The notes under the pieces are model-generated. The model saw only the letters and a list, made by a program, of their open reading frames with translations. It did no database searches and was not told the DNA's origin. A stretch of 64,000 nt of DNA from the human T2T-CHM13v2.0 reference genome, Homo sapiens, in NCBI RefSeq assembly GCF_009914755.1, contig NC_060947.1. One strand, 5' to 3'. This document shows positions 13,705 to 29,178 of the stretch, in pieces (position 1 is the first letter of the stretch; each line of letters begins with the position of its first letter). A program made the position numbers and the translations under genes.

Positions 13705-13773
13705 CAGACAAGAAGGCGATGTCTTGCATTAAGAAATGACTGATGTCCTTTATACGGAGGAGCAGATCGGTTT
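13705..13773 (-). CDS. MCF2: MCF2 coding exon ((E)TDLLLRIKDISHFLMQDIAFLS(G)); contains the internal MQDIAF start at 13729
   Basis: Acceptor tttgtcatag|AA at 13774-13775, donor TCTG|gtaagc at 13703-13704; 69 nt, phase 1 to 1; in frame with exon 8768-8882. Confidence 0.93.
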
Positions 13774-14139
13774 CTATGACAAACGAAAATAGAAGAAATG
13801 ACATACATGTTAAGGTACAGCCTTACATGATTTTAGACACATGATTTCTCACTGTGTCTAAAATTATTCTGGGAGCCCCACAGGTCTGTGTCCACAGACA
13901 CTGTCGATCTCTTTCCTCCTCTCAACTACATGGCAAAGAAATCACACTCGAAAATATCACTGAATAAGTAGAACCAGTGACCTACTTCTCAGAATCTATG
14001 CCCAAAACATAAACTACTCTCACTCACCAGAAAGCCAAGGACAAAGGCACAAACTCCAGGACATTCGGATTTATTTGAAGGGTAGATGGTCATGGGGAGA
14101 CACTGTAGCAGATTGTCTTCTACTTCTGATAATGCCTTT

Positions 14140-14470
14140 CACTCTACAAAGCTTTATTAGCAATTACAAAGTGCTTTTTGGATTTTTTAATCTTATTGAA
14201 TCCTTAAAAAATCTCTAAGGTAGGTACTGTTATCCCATTTTACAAGTGGTTAACCATATAGGCTTCTTAGTCTAGATAGACGTGGATTCAAATCCAGCTT
14301 GTTGCATTTACTGGCCATGCAAACGCGGGCAAGTTAGTTAGCCTCTCTAAACCTTAGTTTCCTCAGCTATAAACCGGGCATAATGATATCTACCTCACAA
14401 GGTACCATGCAAACTAAATGTGAAATACCTGGCATAATGGTAAGTGTTCAATAAAAAGTAGCATATTAAC
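14140..14470. mobile_element. MIR fragments (two, opposite orientations)
   Basis: 'tgttatcccattttaca' core followed by 'ggattcaaatccagc...ggcaagttagttagcctctctaaaccttagtttcctcagctataaa'. Confidence 0.7.
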
Positions 14471-15669
14471 TCATTTTTTATCATTACAGATGGAACAATG
14501 TCCATGCATTGTTCAATGTGCTTTGATTGTCCCAGATCTTAAGTGTTAACTTACAATGTTCAATTCTAGTGAACTCTATAGGGGCCAAAAATCAAAGTAC
14601 ACTACCTGCCTCTGGTCCATGAACAAGGAAAACTTTTTAAAAGAAAACGGGTCATCAAACTAGGCTATTTTGGCTTGTCGGTTTTAATGCCTGTGGTTTC
14701 ACATCTCTTACTGAAGCCATATTTTTCACCTGCTCTCTGACACAAAGTGCCTTCAAAGTCCTGGTCTCTGGTGGTGTCAGGCTGATGATGCATTACCCTT
14801 CTCAGTGCTCCTCAAATCACACCACATGGATGTGGTTTATAAAGGACAATCCTCAAGGGAATTAAAAAAAAAAGTTCTCAATGGTTCCACAATAGACAGT
14901 GGAATAGGTTATCTGTTATAGACACCCCCCCGACACATGATTAGAAACATAAAGCAATTTTAATTGATGTTTATTTTCATAAGATACATGCCATTACAAA
15001 TATCTAATTTGTCAATACATAAAGTCATTTCTTAAAAATGTCTTGTAATTTTATATATTTAGACTCGATATATTTCAGATCAAGGCATGCACATTTACAC
15101 TCGCAGTTATTCTTTCCATGCTAGATGTTTAATCAGATAAAAGAATGTGTTTATAACAGCTACAAACATGTGTCACATATTGACATTTTCAGGCATGGAG
15201 CCATGGAAGAAGGGTGAGAATGAGGGTAATGCAAAAGATACAAGAACACTTTCTCCCCTGAGGAGCCTGCAAAAGTGGCAATAGTTAAAATGTGTTCTAC
15301 TTTTTAAATGAGAAAGCATCAGACATAAAAATATTCCTACATAATAGGAGACCCAAATTTCTCCCTTGCTTTGATCAGTAGGAACAAGTACAAAGACAAA
15401 TTGATGCATTTTATGTCAGGTGGCAGATCTGGAAGTATTAATATGAACAACTTGATTCTCTGATACCACTCAGACTCTTGCATAGCTATGGAAACTATGT
15501 CCACTTACTCTACAATTTAAGCACTCATGTAACGAGAGAGGCCTCAGGACCCAAAATAAAAGTCTGTGGGCTGGGAGTGGGAGCACCAGGGCCTAGTGTG
15601 GGCTTGACCACTTAGCTGCTCTGTAATTTTCAACAAGTCACTCCCCACTCCTCACCTCATTACCTCCAT

Positions 15670-17985
15670 TTTATTTTATATTTCTTATCAAGGTAAAATA
15701 TGCATACAAAATTTACCATTTTAAGTGTACAGTTCAGTGGTAATAAATATATTTACATTCTTTTTTCCCCTTCATCCCCTCCCCTCTACCCTTCCCAGCC
15801 TCTGGTAACCACCAATCTACTCTCTATCTTCATGAGATCCATTTTTTTAGCTCTCACATATTAGTGAGAACAAGCAGTATTTGTGTTTCTGTGTTTGGCT
15901 TACTTCATTTAACATAATTGCCACCATTTCCATTCATTTGGCTGCAAATAAGAGGATTTCATTCTGTTTTATGTATGAATAACATTCCATGGTGTATATA
16001 TACCATATTTTCTTTATCCATTCATCTGTTGAATGGCACTTAGATTGAGTCCATATTTTGGCTATTGTAAATAGTGCTGCAATAAACATGGGAGTGTAAA
16101 TATCTCTTCAATATATTGACTTTCTTTCTTTTGAATATGTACCCAGAGTGGAATTGTTGGATTCTATGGTAGTTCTATTTTTCGTTTTTTGCAAAACCTC
16201 CATACTGTTCTTCATAGTGGCTGTACTAGTTTACTTTCCCACCAACAGTGTGCAAGAATTCCCCTTTCCCCACACCCTCACCAGCATCTGTTATTGCCTG
16301 TCTTTTTGATACAAGCCATTTTAACTGGGGTGAGATATGTCATTGTAGTTTTGATTTCCATTTTTCTGATGATTAGTGATGTTGAACATTTTTTCATATA
16401 CCTGTTGGTCATTGTTATGTCTTCTTTTGAGAAATGTCTATTCAGATCTTTTGCCCATTTTATAAATTGAATTATTTGGGTCCTTTGCTATTGAGTTGTT
16501 TGAGCTCCTTATATTTTCTGGTTACTGATCCCTTGTCAAATGGATAGTTTGCGAATATTTTCTTTCATTCTGTGAATTGTCTCCTCACTTTGTTGATTGT
16601 TTCCTTTGCTATGCAGAAGCTTTTTAGCTTGATGTGATCCCATTTGTCTATTTTTGCTGTGGTTGCCTATGCTTTTGAGGTTTTGCACAAAAAACTCTGC
16701 CCAGACCAATGTTCTGGAAAGTTTCCCCAACATTTTCATCTAGTAGTTTCATAGTTTCAGGTCTTCAATTTAAGTTCTTTAATCCATTTTGATTTGATTT
16801 TTGTGTATGGTGAGAGATAGGGATCTAGTTTCATTCTTCCACATACAGTTATCCAGTTTTTCCAGCATCATTTATTGAAAATATTTCCTTTCCCCATTGT
16901 AGATTCTTATCACTTTTGTCGAATATGACTTGGCTGTAAATGTATGGATTTACATCTGGGTTCTCTATTCTGTTCCATTGGTCTATGTGTCTGTTTTATG
17001 CCAGTATCATGCTGTTATGGTCAATACAGCTTTGTAGCAAGTTTTGAAGTTACCTAGTACAATGCCTGCAGCTTTGTTCTTTTTGGTTAGGACTGCTTTG
17101 GCCATTTCAGGTCTTTTGTGGTTCTGTATACGTTATTAGAATTTTTTACTATTTATCTGAAGCATGCCCTGGAATTTGATAGAGATTGCATCGAATCTGT
17201 AAATTTCTGTGGGTAGAATTGTCATTTTAACAATATTAATTCTTCCAATCCATGATCATGAAATATCTTTCCAATTTTGTGTGTCCTCTTCTATTTCTTT
17301 CATCAAATTTTATAGTCTTTCACTTTTTGGTTAGATTGATTCCTAGGTATTTTATATTTTTGTAGCTATTGTAAATGTGATCAGATTGCTTTCTTGATTT
17401 CTTTTACAGATTGTTTGCTGTTGGTGTATATAAATGCTACTGACTTTTGTACGTTGATTTCGTATTCTGCACCTTTACTGAATTTGTTTATCAGTTCTAA
17501 GAGTTTTTTATTATTATTATTATACTTTAAGTTCTAGGGTACAAGCGCACAACGTGCAGGTTTGTTACATATGTATACATGTGCCATGTTGGTGTGCTGC
17601 ACCCATTAACTCGTTATTTACATTAGGTATTTCTCCTAATGTTATCCCTCCCCACTCCCCCTTCCCTCCACCGCACAGCAGACCCCTGTGTGTGATGTTC
17701 CCCTTCCTGTGTCCAAGTGTTCTCATAGAGTTCTAACAGTTTTTTGATGGAGTCTTTAGGTTTTTCCGGGTACAAGATCATGTCATCTACAAACAAAACT
17801 AATAAGGCTTCTTTCTTTCCAGTATGGATGCCCCTTATTTCTTTCTCTTGCCTAGTTTCTCTGGCCAGGACTTCCAGTGTTGTGCTGAATAAAAGTGGCA
17901 AAAGTGGGCATCCTTGTCTTGCTCCAGTTCTTGGACAAAAGGCCTTCAATTTTTCCACATTCAGTACAATATTAGCTGTGGTCAT
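15670..17985 (-). mobile_element. L1MA/L1PB 3' fragment (3' UTR plus ORF2 C-terminal part)
   Basis: Antisense L1 3' UTR; ORF 17623..18087 contains RT motifs [14 protein letters not shown]...LFVDDMILY. Confidence 0.9.
17510..17728 (-). mobile_element. Short 5'-truncated L1PA 3' end nested in the older L1
   Basis: 'attattatactttaagttctagggtac...' flanked by 17-bp TSD agttctaa(g/c)agtttttt at 17493-17509 and 17729-17745. Confidence 0.85.
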
Positions 17986-18019
17986 TACTCCCACTTTAGA
18001 AATGAGGGCAATACAGTAA

Positions 18020-18346
<327 letters not shown>

Positions 18347-20651
18347 AGTAAATGCTTTTTAAGGTACCCTACATTCTATGAGATCCAACAACATGTAAAA
18401 TCCATAGATGTAAAAACAGACTGATGTTTTCTATCATAAAATGTAGCCCACAACTGTGCCAATAAAATAACATTTCCACACTAAAGAGAAAGGATGAAAT
18501 CACGGTTACAAGAGAAAATATTACTACTTTAATAAATGATCAAGTTCTGGGTTGGAAACAGACTGAAGGGGAAGAAGATAACACAGGAAAGACAACAGAA
18601 GACACACAGTTATCAATTGAGCAGCTGCAAGGGACGAGGTAAGATTGTTGCTGAGAACAAAGAGAAACAGAAAATACTGACTTTAGATAAAGTTGTGACA
18701 CTGAGTTACACCCAGCTTTGTAGCTGACCCTCTCGAATTTCCACACGGATTTTTTCCTGAAATATAAAAGTGAGAACAAATAATTTATACTGTTCCTATT
18801 GCTGACCTTTTAAATGCATTCACTTAGAGCATGAGAAATAAAAAGCCTAGATCACCAAACCTGGATCAAGTCCACATTACAGCATGTTCCTTGTTGACTA
18901 GATTTACGTTTGATAGGAAGGTTGTCAAGCTGTCTCATGTAGAAAACTCAACTACTCACAGATAAAAAGGATTCATTCTCCTTACATTGGACTCGTTGCT
19001 AAGCCCAAAAAGGAGCTGACTTAGAAGCCAAATAAAGGGCTGTAACTCAACAGGTAATCTGATAAACACCCTTAAAAACACCCTACTGGAGCAAATCTTC
19101 ATTTTAAGACTTCTGCTGAAAATCCATGTGCTTGTACAATCAAACACAATCAGATACAAATTGAAATCAAAAGTCAAAATAAGCATTTCCAATTAATTCA
19201 TTCCTACATATGATCAAAAAGCAAAAGAGTCAAGCAAACACATCACTAATATTTATTTTATTATTTAAAAGGTAGTTGTGCCAATGAGGATACAAACTTA
19301 GAAATCCAAATATGAATTTTTAAAGTTCTAAAATGTGTGGAAATAAATAATTGATTTAGAAAGGCTCACATAGAGAAGGAAGGTATACGCATCCAATCAG
19401 TAGCTCTAGTCTGGCTGTGTCACTTGTAAAAATGCAGAACATGGATCATCTCAATACAGCATGTGCTTTAAAGTTTTTAAAGATTTATTTTGCATTCATT
19501 CACTTTTTAAACAAATATTTATTGAGTGTCTACTATATGCCAGATTCTGCTCTAAGCTGTGTTTGGACAGATGTTCTGAAAAAAAGTAAAAGTTCACAAT
19601 CAAGTAAGTTTGTGAAATATTAGGGGTTAAACACACTGCAATATTTCCTAGTAAATACACATGTACACATTGTGACTCCTTGGGTATGGGCTATGTATGC
19701 AGTATTTCTCAAACCTATTGATCAGGTTTGCTCAGTCAGTTTATTGGTCGGTTGGTTGTTCATTGGTTGGTTTTTACCCTCAGAGAGAGACAGAAGACAA
19801 ACAGAAAGCAAGAGAGAGAGCTAGAAAGACTCCATATGAAGAAGCACTTTGTTCTAAAGTCAGAACTGTCTGTAGATGAAATGACTTTCATGGAAGATAG
19901 ACAATCCCTTTCCTATCATTAATAGCATTCAAACAAAGGCCAAGCTGCTCTGTGGTAAAGAAAAGAGAGGAAAATCAAGCATATAGTTGACTGGAATAGA
20001 TTATCTTTTAGAATAAGATTTAATGGTATATTCTCAGCAACAGTAAGTGATTCTAGGAAAAGAAAGCAAAAAAAATCTATATACTCATGAATTTGGGAGG
20101 GGTCAGTAAGGGAGGCAGGAGGAACTTAGTTTTTATGTTCCAAATTTGAAATTAATAGAATTCTGAGTCATATTCATTTGTTTTGGGATTTGTTTATATT
20201 TTTTACCTTAAGAATATGTAAAAGTTCATCTTCAATGTCCAAGAGTCCTCTATAAGAAGGAAGAGATTGGGGACTTAAGTGAATATTGTTCCTTCAGTAA
20301 ATTAAATTGGATTAAGCAATGTGGGTTTTTTTTTCCCCATAATGAATGATTTCCTTGTGAAATTATTTTCAGCATGGAAATCAGTGTATGGAGATACGTT
20401 GTTAAATGCTCCAGAAAGATTATAGAAAATCTATGTAACATCCTATTGTCTCATTATGTGACAACACAGAAATTAAGTTCACAAATATAAAATAAAAATT
20501 TCCTGACAAGCAGTTATTAACAAGGAAACTTTCTTTGGTAACAGTTCAAGAAACTTGAAATTTAAGATACATTATGAGTAGTTACAAATAGAGGGTCAAA
20601 ATTCTTTAAGCCTACCCTGTCAGAGTGAAGCCTCTGCTAAAAAAAGATGTG

Positions 20652-20966
20652 TTTTTTTTTTTTTTTTTTTTTTTTTGAGACAAGGTCTCACTCTGTTGCC
20701 CAGGCTGGAGTGCAGTGGTGTAATCTTGGCTCATTGCAACCTCCCATCTCCTGGGCTCAACCCATGCTCCAACCTCAGCCTCCCAAGTAACTGGGACTAC
20801 AGGCGCACACCACTATGCCCAGCTAATTTTTCTATTTTTTGTAGAGACGGGGTGGGGGTGTCTCCCTGTGTTGTCCAGGCTGGTCTCGAACTCTGGGATC
20901 AAGTGATCCTCCCACCTTGACCTCCCAAAGTGTTGGGATTACAGATGTGAACCACCAGGCCCGGTC
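20652..20966 (-). mobile_element. AluJ element
   Basis: Poly-T followed by antisense Alu with J-type features. Confidence 0.9.
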
Positions 20967-20991
20967 AAATGATCTTTTAAGAACTACTTCT

Positions 20992-21306
<315 letters not shown>

Positions 21307-21849
21307 CTATTTCTCTGAGAGTCTTTGCCTTCATGATTTGAGTACATATCACCATTCCAGGAATTTAAACTATACTAAGTTTATTAGTTATTCTATGGGG
21401 CTAATGATAGCTTAAAAATTAAGTAAATTGGTATCTATAAGCTTTCCCATTTTATAGAAAACATTTTTTTACTTCAGATCCCAGAGTGTAACAGCAATAA
21501 TTCCAACACTTGAACTTTATTTCACAGCGACGCTCTCTCATGTCCATTTATCCAACCTCTCTGGGGTTTCTATTCATATACAATAGAAAAATATGAGTTC
21601 TGAACCAGGCTGCACACACGTGCCATGTCATCCAAGCACTACGGAGCCATAGCAAATAAACTACTTAAAAGAGGAAATGCCTCTACTCTCACATGGTTTC
21701 CTAAAAATAAATAAGAGGTAAAAACAGAGCACAAACAAATAAAAATAGAAAGGGAAATGTCAGCCAGAAAGATAGTCTCTTCCATGGCAATAAACTCATT
21801 GCCACCACCAATATGAAAACAGACTGAGAAAGTGTAGTAAATGAACAAT

Positions 21850-23300
21850 CGCTACCATTTGCTGAGCAACTAGTATCAACCAGGCACTACACAAGGCACT
21901 TTATATGCAGTTTCTCTGGTCCTAACAACAATCCTCCAGGGTTGATATTAAAACACTTATCTTGCAGATAAGTTAACAGCCTCAGGGAGGCTACCTTTCA
22001 TACTTCATTCATTCATACCATTCATACATACCATTCATTCAAACTTCTCTTATTCATTTGAAAGACTCATACTGAACAAATGCCAGGTGCCAGGCACTGT
22101 TCAGATGCAAAGTAGAATCTAGTAGGAGATTCAGCAAAGCTTTTACCATGTCATCTATCTAGTTCCCTAACCTTCAGATAGGTCATCTAAAATCTGTACT
22201 CAGAAGGTTATACCCAAATAGCTCTAATGCAAATTACTAACTAGATATGACTCCATAACCTCCCATTTTCTTCCAGGATGGGTTTCATCCCAAACTATAT
22301 CAAGAATGTTTATAAACAATCTTTTGAAAGAAACTCCATTATTTTTACAGCCTGAAATTCTCAACAATGATGCTTACTTTTAGCAATGATTTCTTTGAAA
22401 GTTCCCTACTTCTGATGTGCAGGACAGATAAAATTAGGTTTTGTTTGAGTCCTAAATCCTGTGCAAGGCAGATGGGATTCTATGTGTGTATTTTTTTCCT
22501 TTCAATCTGAACATCGATACTCTATACCATCTGTAAATAGTAATGACTTAGCACATGCAATAAACTGAAATGTTGTCTTGACAAATGTTATGCTTTAAAA
22601 GGTGAAACAAATAAAAGGGTAATTCTGAAACCATCACAAAATGAATTCCCATTGGACTACAGTAAAACAATCTATGCAGTGCTTTGTTCTGCAGTAAAGG
22701 TACAATATAAAAGGCATTCATAATTCTGTGCTAACAGAATAAAACCAAGATTCATATTAAATCCTTTTCCTGCTAACACCTACTGGAGCCGCCTTCCAAT
22801 CCATTGTGTAATTCAATTCAGCAAATATCCACTGGATTCTCATTTGCTCCTCTCTGCTAGGTGCTGTGGCCCATGGGAATATAAACAGAGTTCCTCACCT
22901 CACAAAGCATAAAAATTAAGAGAAGATGGAAATATATACAAACTACTGGCCATAATATAAGGCAGGGTATAGTACATGCTAGAATAGAAATATGCAATAT
23001 AAAGCATGGAGAGAGGAGAAATGATTACATCTAAATTGAGGATGAGAGAAAAGGGAAGGTTTAATAGATAATGAGACATGTAAGCTGAGCCTTCAAAATT
23101 GATTAGGATTCAAATACATGGACAGGGGAACAGAGAATGTCATCCCAAGTGAAAGAAACAAGGCATCAATATAGGAGTAGGTGAAAGAATCAGGGACTTT
23201 ATAGGGACTGATATGGTTTGAGTATAGAGATAGGATGATCTAGTTAAAGCTAGAAAGCAAGACCAGAAGCAGAAAGTGTAGGATCTTGCATGCTGACAGA
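21850..23300. mobile_element. Ancient MIR and L2 fragments
   Basis: 'ccatttgctgagcaactagtatcaaccaggcac', 'attcattcattcat...tgccaggcactgtt', 'attcaattcagcaaatatcc'. Confidence 0.5.
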
Positions 23301-23959
23301 GGAGGAAAACAGGCTTCTTGAAAGCCTCTGATTCAGCATCACTGACTTAACACAAAGATGTTGTCCAGGCAGTCAACGCCTACAACAGAATGGCAGGGAT
23401 ATAAGAACTGGTGGCTTCTACAGTGAATTAGCTACCAACTTTTGATATAACCTCAGGCAATTCACTGAAGATTCCCTATGACTCAGGTTTTGTACAAGCA
23501 CGTATACAACAAAATGTGTGGGAAGGAGAAGGAGAAAGGAAAAGTAGGAGGAAGGCTCTCTCTTATCAGTTATAAAACTCCAAACAAAACTTGTCCTGAA
23601 TACTATTCTAAGATGCTAAGTACTATTCTATTCAAATGTTAACATTTCTGAAATCTGGAGGTATCTTAGATCTGAATGCCATCATCACATTTGATTGTTT
23701 TTCATTTTTCTGTCCAAAACCCTATATTAAGTACCTTAGAGCCAAGCACATACAACTATAAAAAAAGAAAAAGAAAATTCAAAAAATAAATTCCAGTCTT
23801 TTTATAACCGACATATATATGACACATATGTATATAAATATATTTGTTGTAATAATATTAGCCATGAGTTCAACTATGTTCGAGTCATGTGAGTCCACCT
23901 CATAAACCATCTTACCTGGGATAGTCTTGGGGAACCCACTGCTCATAGTCACTTCCCCA

Positions 23960-24560
23960 AAGGAAAAAGTAAAACTATCTCTATTTATAAATGATGTGAT
24001 CTTGTACATAAAAAACACTAAGGAATTTACACACAGACAGACAGACAGACACACAAAAGCTGTTACAACTAACAAATTCAGCAAGGGTGCAGGATACAAG
24101 GTCAAGATAGAAGAATCAATTTTATTTCTATTGTACAAAGCATAAATGGAAAACATACTCTTAAAACTATAAAATATTATTGAAAGAAATTAAATATCTG
24201 AGAAATTGAAAGCCAATCCATGTTCATATCTTGGAATATAATACTATTGAAGTAGCAATACTCCCTAAATTGATATACAGATTGAAAAGAACCCCTATAA
24301 AGATTTTAGCTCGCTTTTTTCTTACAGAAATTAACAGGTGGAACCTAAAACTCATATGGAAATACAAGGGAGCCAAATTAACCAAAACAGTCTCGAAACA
24401 AAAGGACAAAGTTAGAGAACTCACAGTTCCCGATTTCAAAGCTTAGTACAAAGCTACAATAAAAAAGACAGTGTGGTACTGACATAAGGATAGACATAAA
24501 GATCAATGGAATGGAATGGAGAGTCCAAAAAAGTAGCCCATATATTGAGGGTCAGTTGAT
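23960..24560 (+). mobile_element. Old L1MB ORF2 fragment (left half of an element split by nested insertions)
   Basis: ORFs EKVKLSLFINDVILY and VAILPKLIYR...LKLIWK...ELTVPDFK are L1 ORF2-like. Confidence 0.85.
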
Positions 24561-25889
24561 TTTTTTGTACAAATTAATGGGGTACATGTAAAATTTTGTT
24601 ACATGTATATAATGTGTAGGGATCAAAATGGTATTTAAGGTGTCCCAAGTACCCAAGTGCTTGGGTACCCAGGTACAATACATTTCTGTTAACTATAGTC
24701 ACCCTACTCTACTATGAAACACTGAATTTATTCCTTCTAATTGTATGTACCCTTTTACCCACTTCTCTTCACCCTCCCCCTTCTCCAAATTCACCCTTTC
24801 AGTCTCTGTTATCTGTCTTTTCATGGTCTACTGCCATGTGATGAATTTTTTAGCTCTCACATTTAAGTAACAACATGCAATATTTACCTTTAAACCTGGT
24901 TTATTTCACTTAAAATAATGACCTACAGTTTCATCCATGTTGCTGCAAATGACATGATTTCATTTTTTATGACCAAATATTATTCCATTGTGTATATATG
25001 CCACATTTTCTTTATCCATTCATCCGTTGATGGACACTTAGGTTGATTCCATATTTTTCTATCGTGAATAATGCTGCAATAAACATGTGAGTGCAAGTAT
25101 CCCTTATTCATATACTGATTTCTTTTCATTTGGGTAGATACCCAGTAGCAGGATTGCTGGATGAAATGGTAATTGTATTTTTAATTTTTTGAGAAATCTC
25201 CATGGTATTTTCCACAGTGACTGTACTAGTTTACATTTCTACCCGCAGTATATAAGAATTCCCTTTAAATACTTGTTAAATACTTGTTTTGTGGCATAAA
25301 ATGTGGTCTATCCTGAAGAATGTTCCATGTGTAGATGAAAAGAATATATATCCTGCAGTTAAGGAATAGAATCTTCTGTAAGTGTCTGTTAGGTCCATTC
25401 AGTCTAATGTACAGACTTTTTCATTATTTTTTAACTTTTATTCTAGGTTTGGAGGTACATGTGAAGGTTTGTTACATAGATAAACACGTGTTGCAGGGGT
25501 TTGTTGTACATATTATTTAATCACCCAGGTTTTAAGCCCAATAGCCAATAGTTTGCTTTGTTTTTTTTTTTTTTTTGGCTCCTCTTCCTCTTCCCATCCT
25601 CCCACTCAAGCTGACCCCAATGTCTGTTGTTTCCTTCTTTGCGTTCATAAGTTCTTATCATTTAGCTCCCACTAATTTACAGTTTAAATCGAATGTTTCT
25701 TTGTTGATTTTCTGGCTAGGTGATCTGTCTAATGCTGAGAGTGGGGTGTTGAATGCCCCACTATTATTGTATTGCAGTCTATATCTCTCTTTAGATCTAG
25801 TAATATTGGCTTTATGGTCCTGGGTGCTTTAGTGTTGGGTAAATATATATTTAGAATTGTTATATCCACTTGCTGGATTGACCAATTAA

Positions 25890-26287
<398 letters not shown>

Positions 26288-27872
26288 TTTTTAAAACAAA
26301 AAACAAAAAAAAAAAACCATTTTTGATGTAAAATCTGCTTTATCTGATATATGTACAGCTATTCCTGGTCACCTTTGGTTTCCATTTACATGGAATATAT
26401 TTTGTCCATTCCTTTACATTGAGTCTATGTGTTTCTTTACTGGTAAGGTGAAGCCATACAGGCTTCTGTCCTTCCATTCACTTAAGGCCCAAGGGATCTT
26501 TAATCAGCTTGTGGTGAATGTTGCCATGCCTGGGAATCACCCTCCAGGGCAACAGGTTTCCCTCTGGCCCAGGGCATGTCCAGAAATGCCCTCCCAGAGG
26601 CAAGGCCTGGAATCAGGGACCGCATGAGCCCTCTTGGTGCTCTATCCCACTGTGGCTGAGCTAGTACCTAAAGTGGAAGACAGTAAAGTCCCCTTTACTT
26701 TTCCCTCTGCTTTTCTCAAGCAGTAGTCTCTCCCCATAGCCATCACAGCTGAAAAATGTGTTGGGTCTCACTTGAAGCCATCACATCTCAGAGTTTCACC
26801 CAAGGCCCATGGCATACTACCTGGGTATCACAGCTGGTTATTCAGGGCCCAAGGTCTCTTTAGTCAGCAAGTGATGGATCCTACCTGGATAGGCTTTTCC
26901 CCTTCAAGGCAGTAGGTTCCCTTGTGGTCCAAGGTGTGTCTAGAAATGCCGTATGGGAGCTAGAGCCTGGAATGGGGGCCTCATGACTCTGCTTGGTGGT
27001 TTATCCTTCTGTGGCTGAGTTGTTACCCAAGATATAAGACAAAAGTCATCTTTACTCTTCCCTCTCCTTTCCTCAAGTGGAAGGAAGAGGTCTCTTTTGG
27101 AGCTGCAAGCTGTGTTGCCTGGGTTGTGAGAGAGGTGGCACAAGCACTCCCTTAGCTTCCCTGGCTGGTGTCTCAGTAAAGTCACATGTTCCCCAAGTCC
27201 ACTGGCTCTGAACCCAACTCCACACTAGGATTTGCAGTCCTTGTGGCCTAGACTGCCTTTCAAGGTTATTGAGGGTCCCAGAGCACTTCACCCCATGGCA
27301 GCGAGCTTGCTGGAACTCAAGTTCCTACTGCTGATATGGGTTATTCCCCTCTGGCTGAAGCTGGCCTGAATGCTCACTTTGTGAGTGGGCATCAGCTGAG
27401 TTCAGCCCAGTTTTGCTTTCCACTGTGACTAGGGCAGCACTGAGTTCAATGCAAAGTCCCACAGTTTCTGTGATCTCCCTCTCCCAAGTGTACAGATTTC
27501 TCCATGCTGCAGAGATGTGGCTACTGCAGGGTAGTGGGGGAGGGATGGCATTGGCAATTCAAACTGTCTTTCCTACCCTCTTCAGTGCCTCTTTCAGTGA
27601 TATGAAGTTTCAACCTGGTATTATGAATGCTCACCTGATTTTTGGTTCTTATGAGGTGCTTTTATTATGTAGATAGTTGTTGAATTTGGTGTTCCTGCAG
27701 GGGGTATGATTGGTGGGGCCTTCTATTCTGCCATCCTGCTCTGCTCCTCAGATTAGTATCTGTGTCCCTTTCTCCTTTGTGTGTTTGCTTTATCAGTGAG
27801 TTATGTGTTTTCATGTGTTTTTTATAAGGATATTATAATCCTTTCCTTTTGATTTTTATGGGTACATGGTAG

Positions 27873-27873
<1 letters not shown>

Positions 27874-27921
<48 letters not shown>

Positions 27922-27985
27922 AACCATATATATATGTATATTATATATATACATATATATACACACACACATACACACACACACA
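27874..27985. repeat. Compound (TG)/(TA)/(CA) microsatellite in an L1MA 3' end
   Basis: gtgtgtgtgtatatatat...acacacac. Confidence 0.9.
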
Positions 27986-29178
27986 AGGCACATGAGATAT
28001 TTTGATACAGGCATACAATGTGAAATAAGCACATTATGGAGAAAGGAGTATGTATCCCCTCAAGCATTTATCCTTATTATTACAAATAATCCAATTACAT
28101 TCTTTAAGTTATTTAAAAATATACAATTAAGTTATTATTGACTACAGTCACTCTATTGTGCTATCAAATAGTAGGTCTTATTCATTCATTCTTTTTTTTT
28201 TTTGTACACATTAACCATCCCCACCTCTCCCCCAACACCCCATGCCCTTCCCAGCCTCTGGTAACCATCCTTCTACTCTCTATGCTTATGAGTTCAATTA
28301 TGGTAGTAAATGTATGTCCAGTAAATGTGTGTCCAGGTTTAGGACTCCCTTGAGCATTTCTTTTAGGGCCAGTCTGGTGGCCCTAAAGTGAATTTCCTCA
28401 GCATTTGCTTGTTTAAAAAATACTTTATTTCTCCTTCATTTATAAAGGATAGTTTATTGGATATAGTATTCTTGGCTGGTATTTTTTTTCTTTCAGCACT
28501 TTACATGTATCATCCCATTCTCTATTGGCCTCTGAAGTTTCTGCTGAGAAATCTGCTGTTAGTCTGATGCAGTTTCTTTTACAGGTGACTAGACACTTTT
28601 CTTTTGCTGTGGTTAGAATTCACTCCTTATCTTTGACTTAAGAAAGTCAGAATATAATGTGCCCTTAAGAAGACCTTTTGCATTATATCTTCCTGGGGAT
28701 CATTGAGACTCCTGCATCTGAACACCTAAAATCTCTTGCTAGGGTTGGAAAGTTTTCATCTATTATTTCTTTAAATAGATTTTCTAATCTCTTCATTTTC
28801 TCTTTGCCCTCAGGGATACTGATAATTCATATGTTCAGTAGCTTTATTTTGTCCCAAATGTCCCAAAAAATTGCTTGCTCTTTTTTTATCCTAATCTCTT
28901 TATTTTCTCTATCTGGGTTATTTCAAAAGACCTGTCTTCATGTTCCATGATTCTTTCTTCTGCCTGATCTAGTGTATTATTGATGCTTTCAAACGTATTT
29001 TGTATTTCTTTCAAGTAATTCTTGAGTTCTAGAATTTCTATTCGGTTCTCTTTTAAAATATCCATCTCTTTGGTAAACTTCTCATTCATACCCTGATTGT
29101 TTTTCTGACTTCTTTGTATTATTTTTCAGAATTCTCCTGTATCTCACTGAGCTTCTTTAAAATCAATATTTTGAATTC

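Noticed and set aside
14705-14720. aatATGGCTTCA|gtaaga micro first-exon candidate
   Set aside because: Phase 0, but the next exon (13773) needs phase 1; the joined frame stops after a few codons.
18954-19192. ORF ending near GTGAGT/GTAAGG donor-like sites
   Set aside because: The phase-1-compatible frames contain nearby stops; no support for an MCF2 coding exon.
24649-24668. gtacccaag-tg-cttgggtac palindrome
   Set aside because: Short, inside an L1 3' UTR remnant; probably a local template-switch scar without evidence of function.
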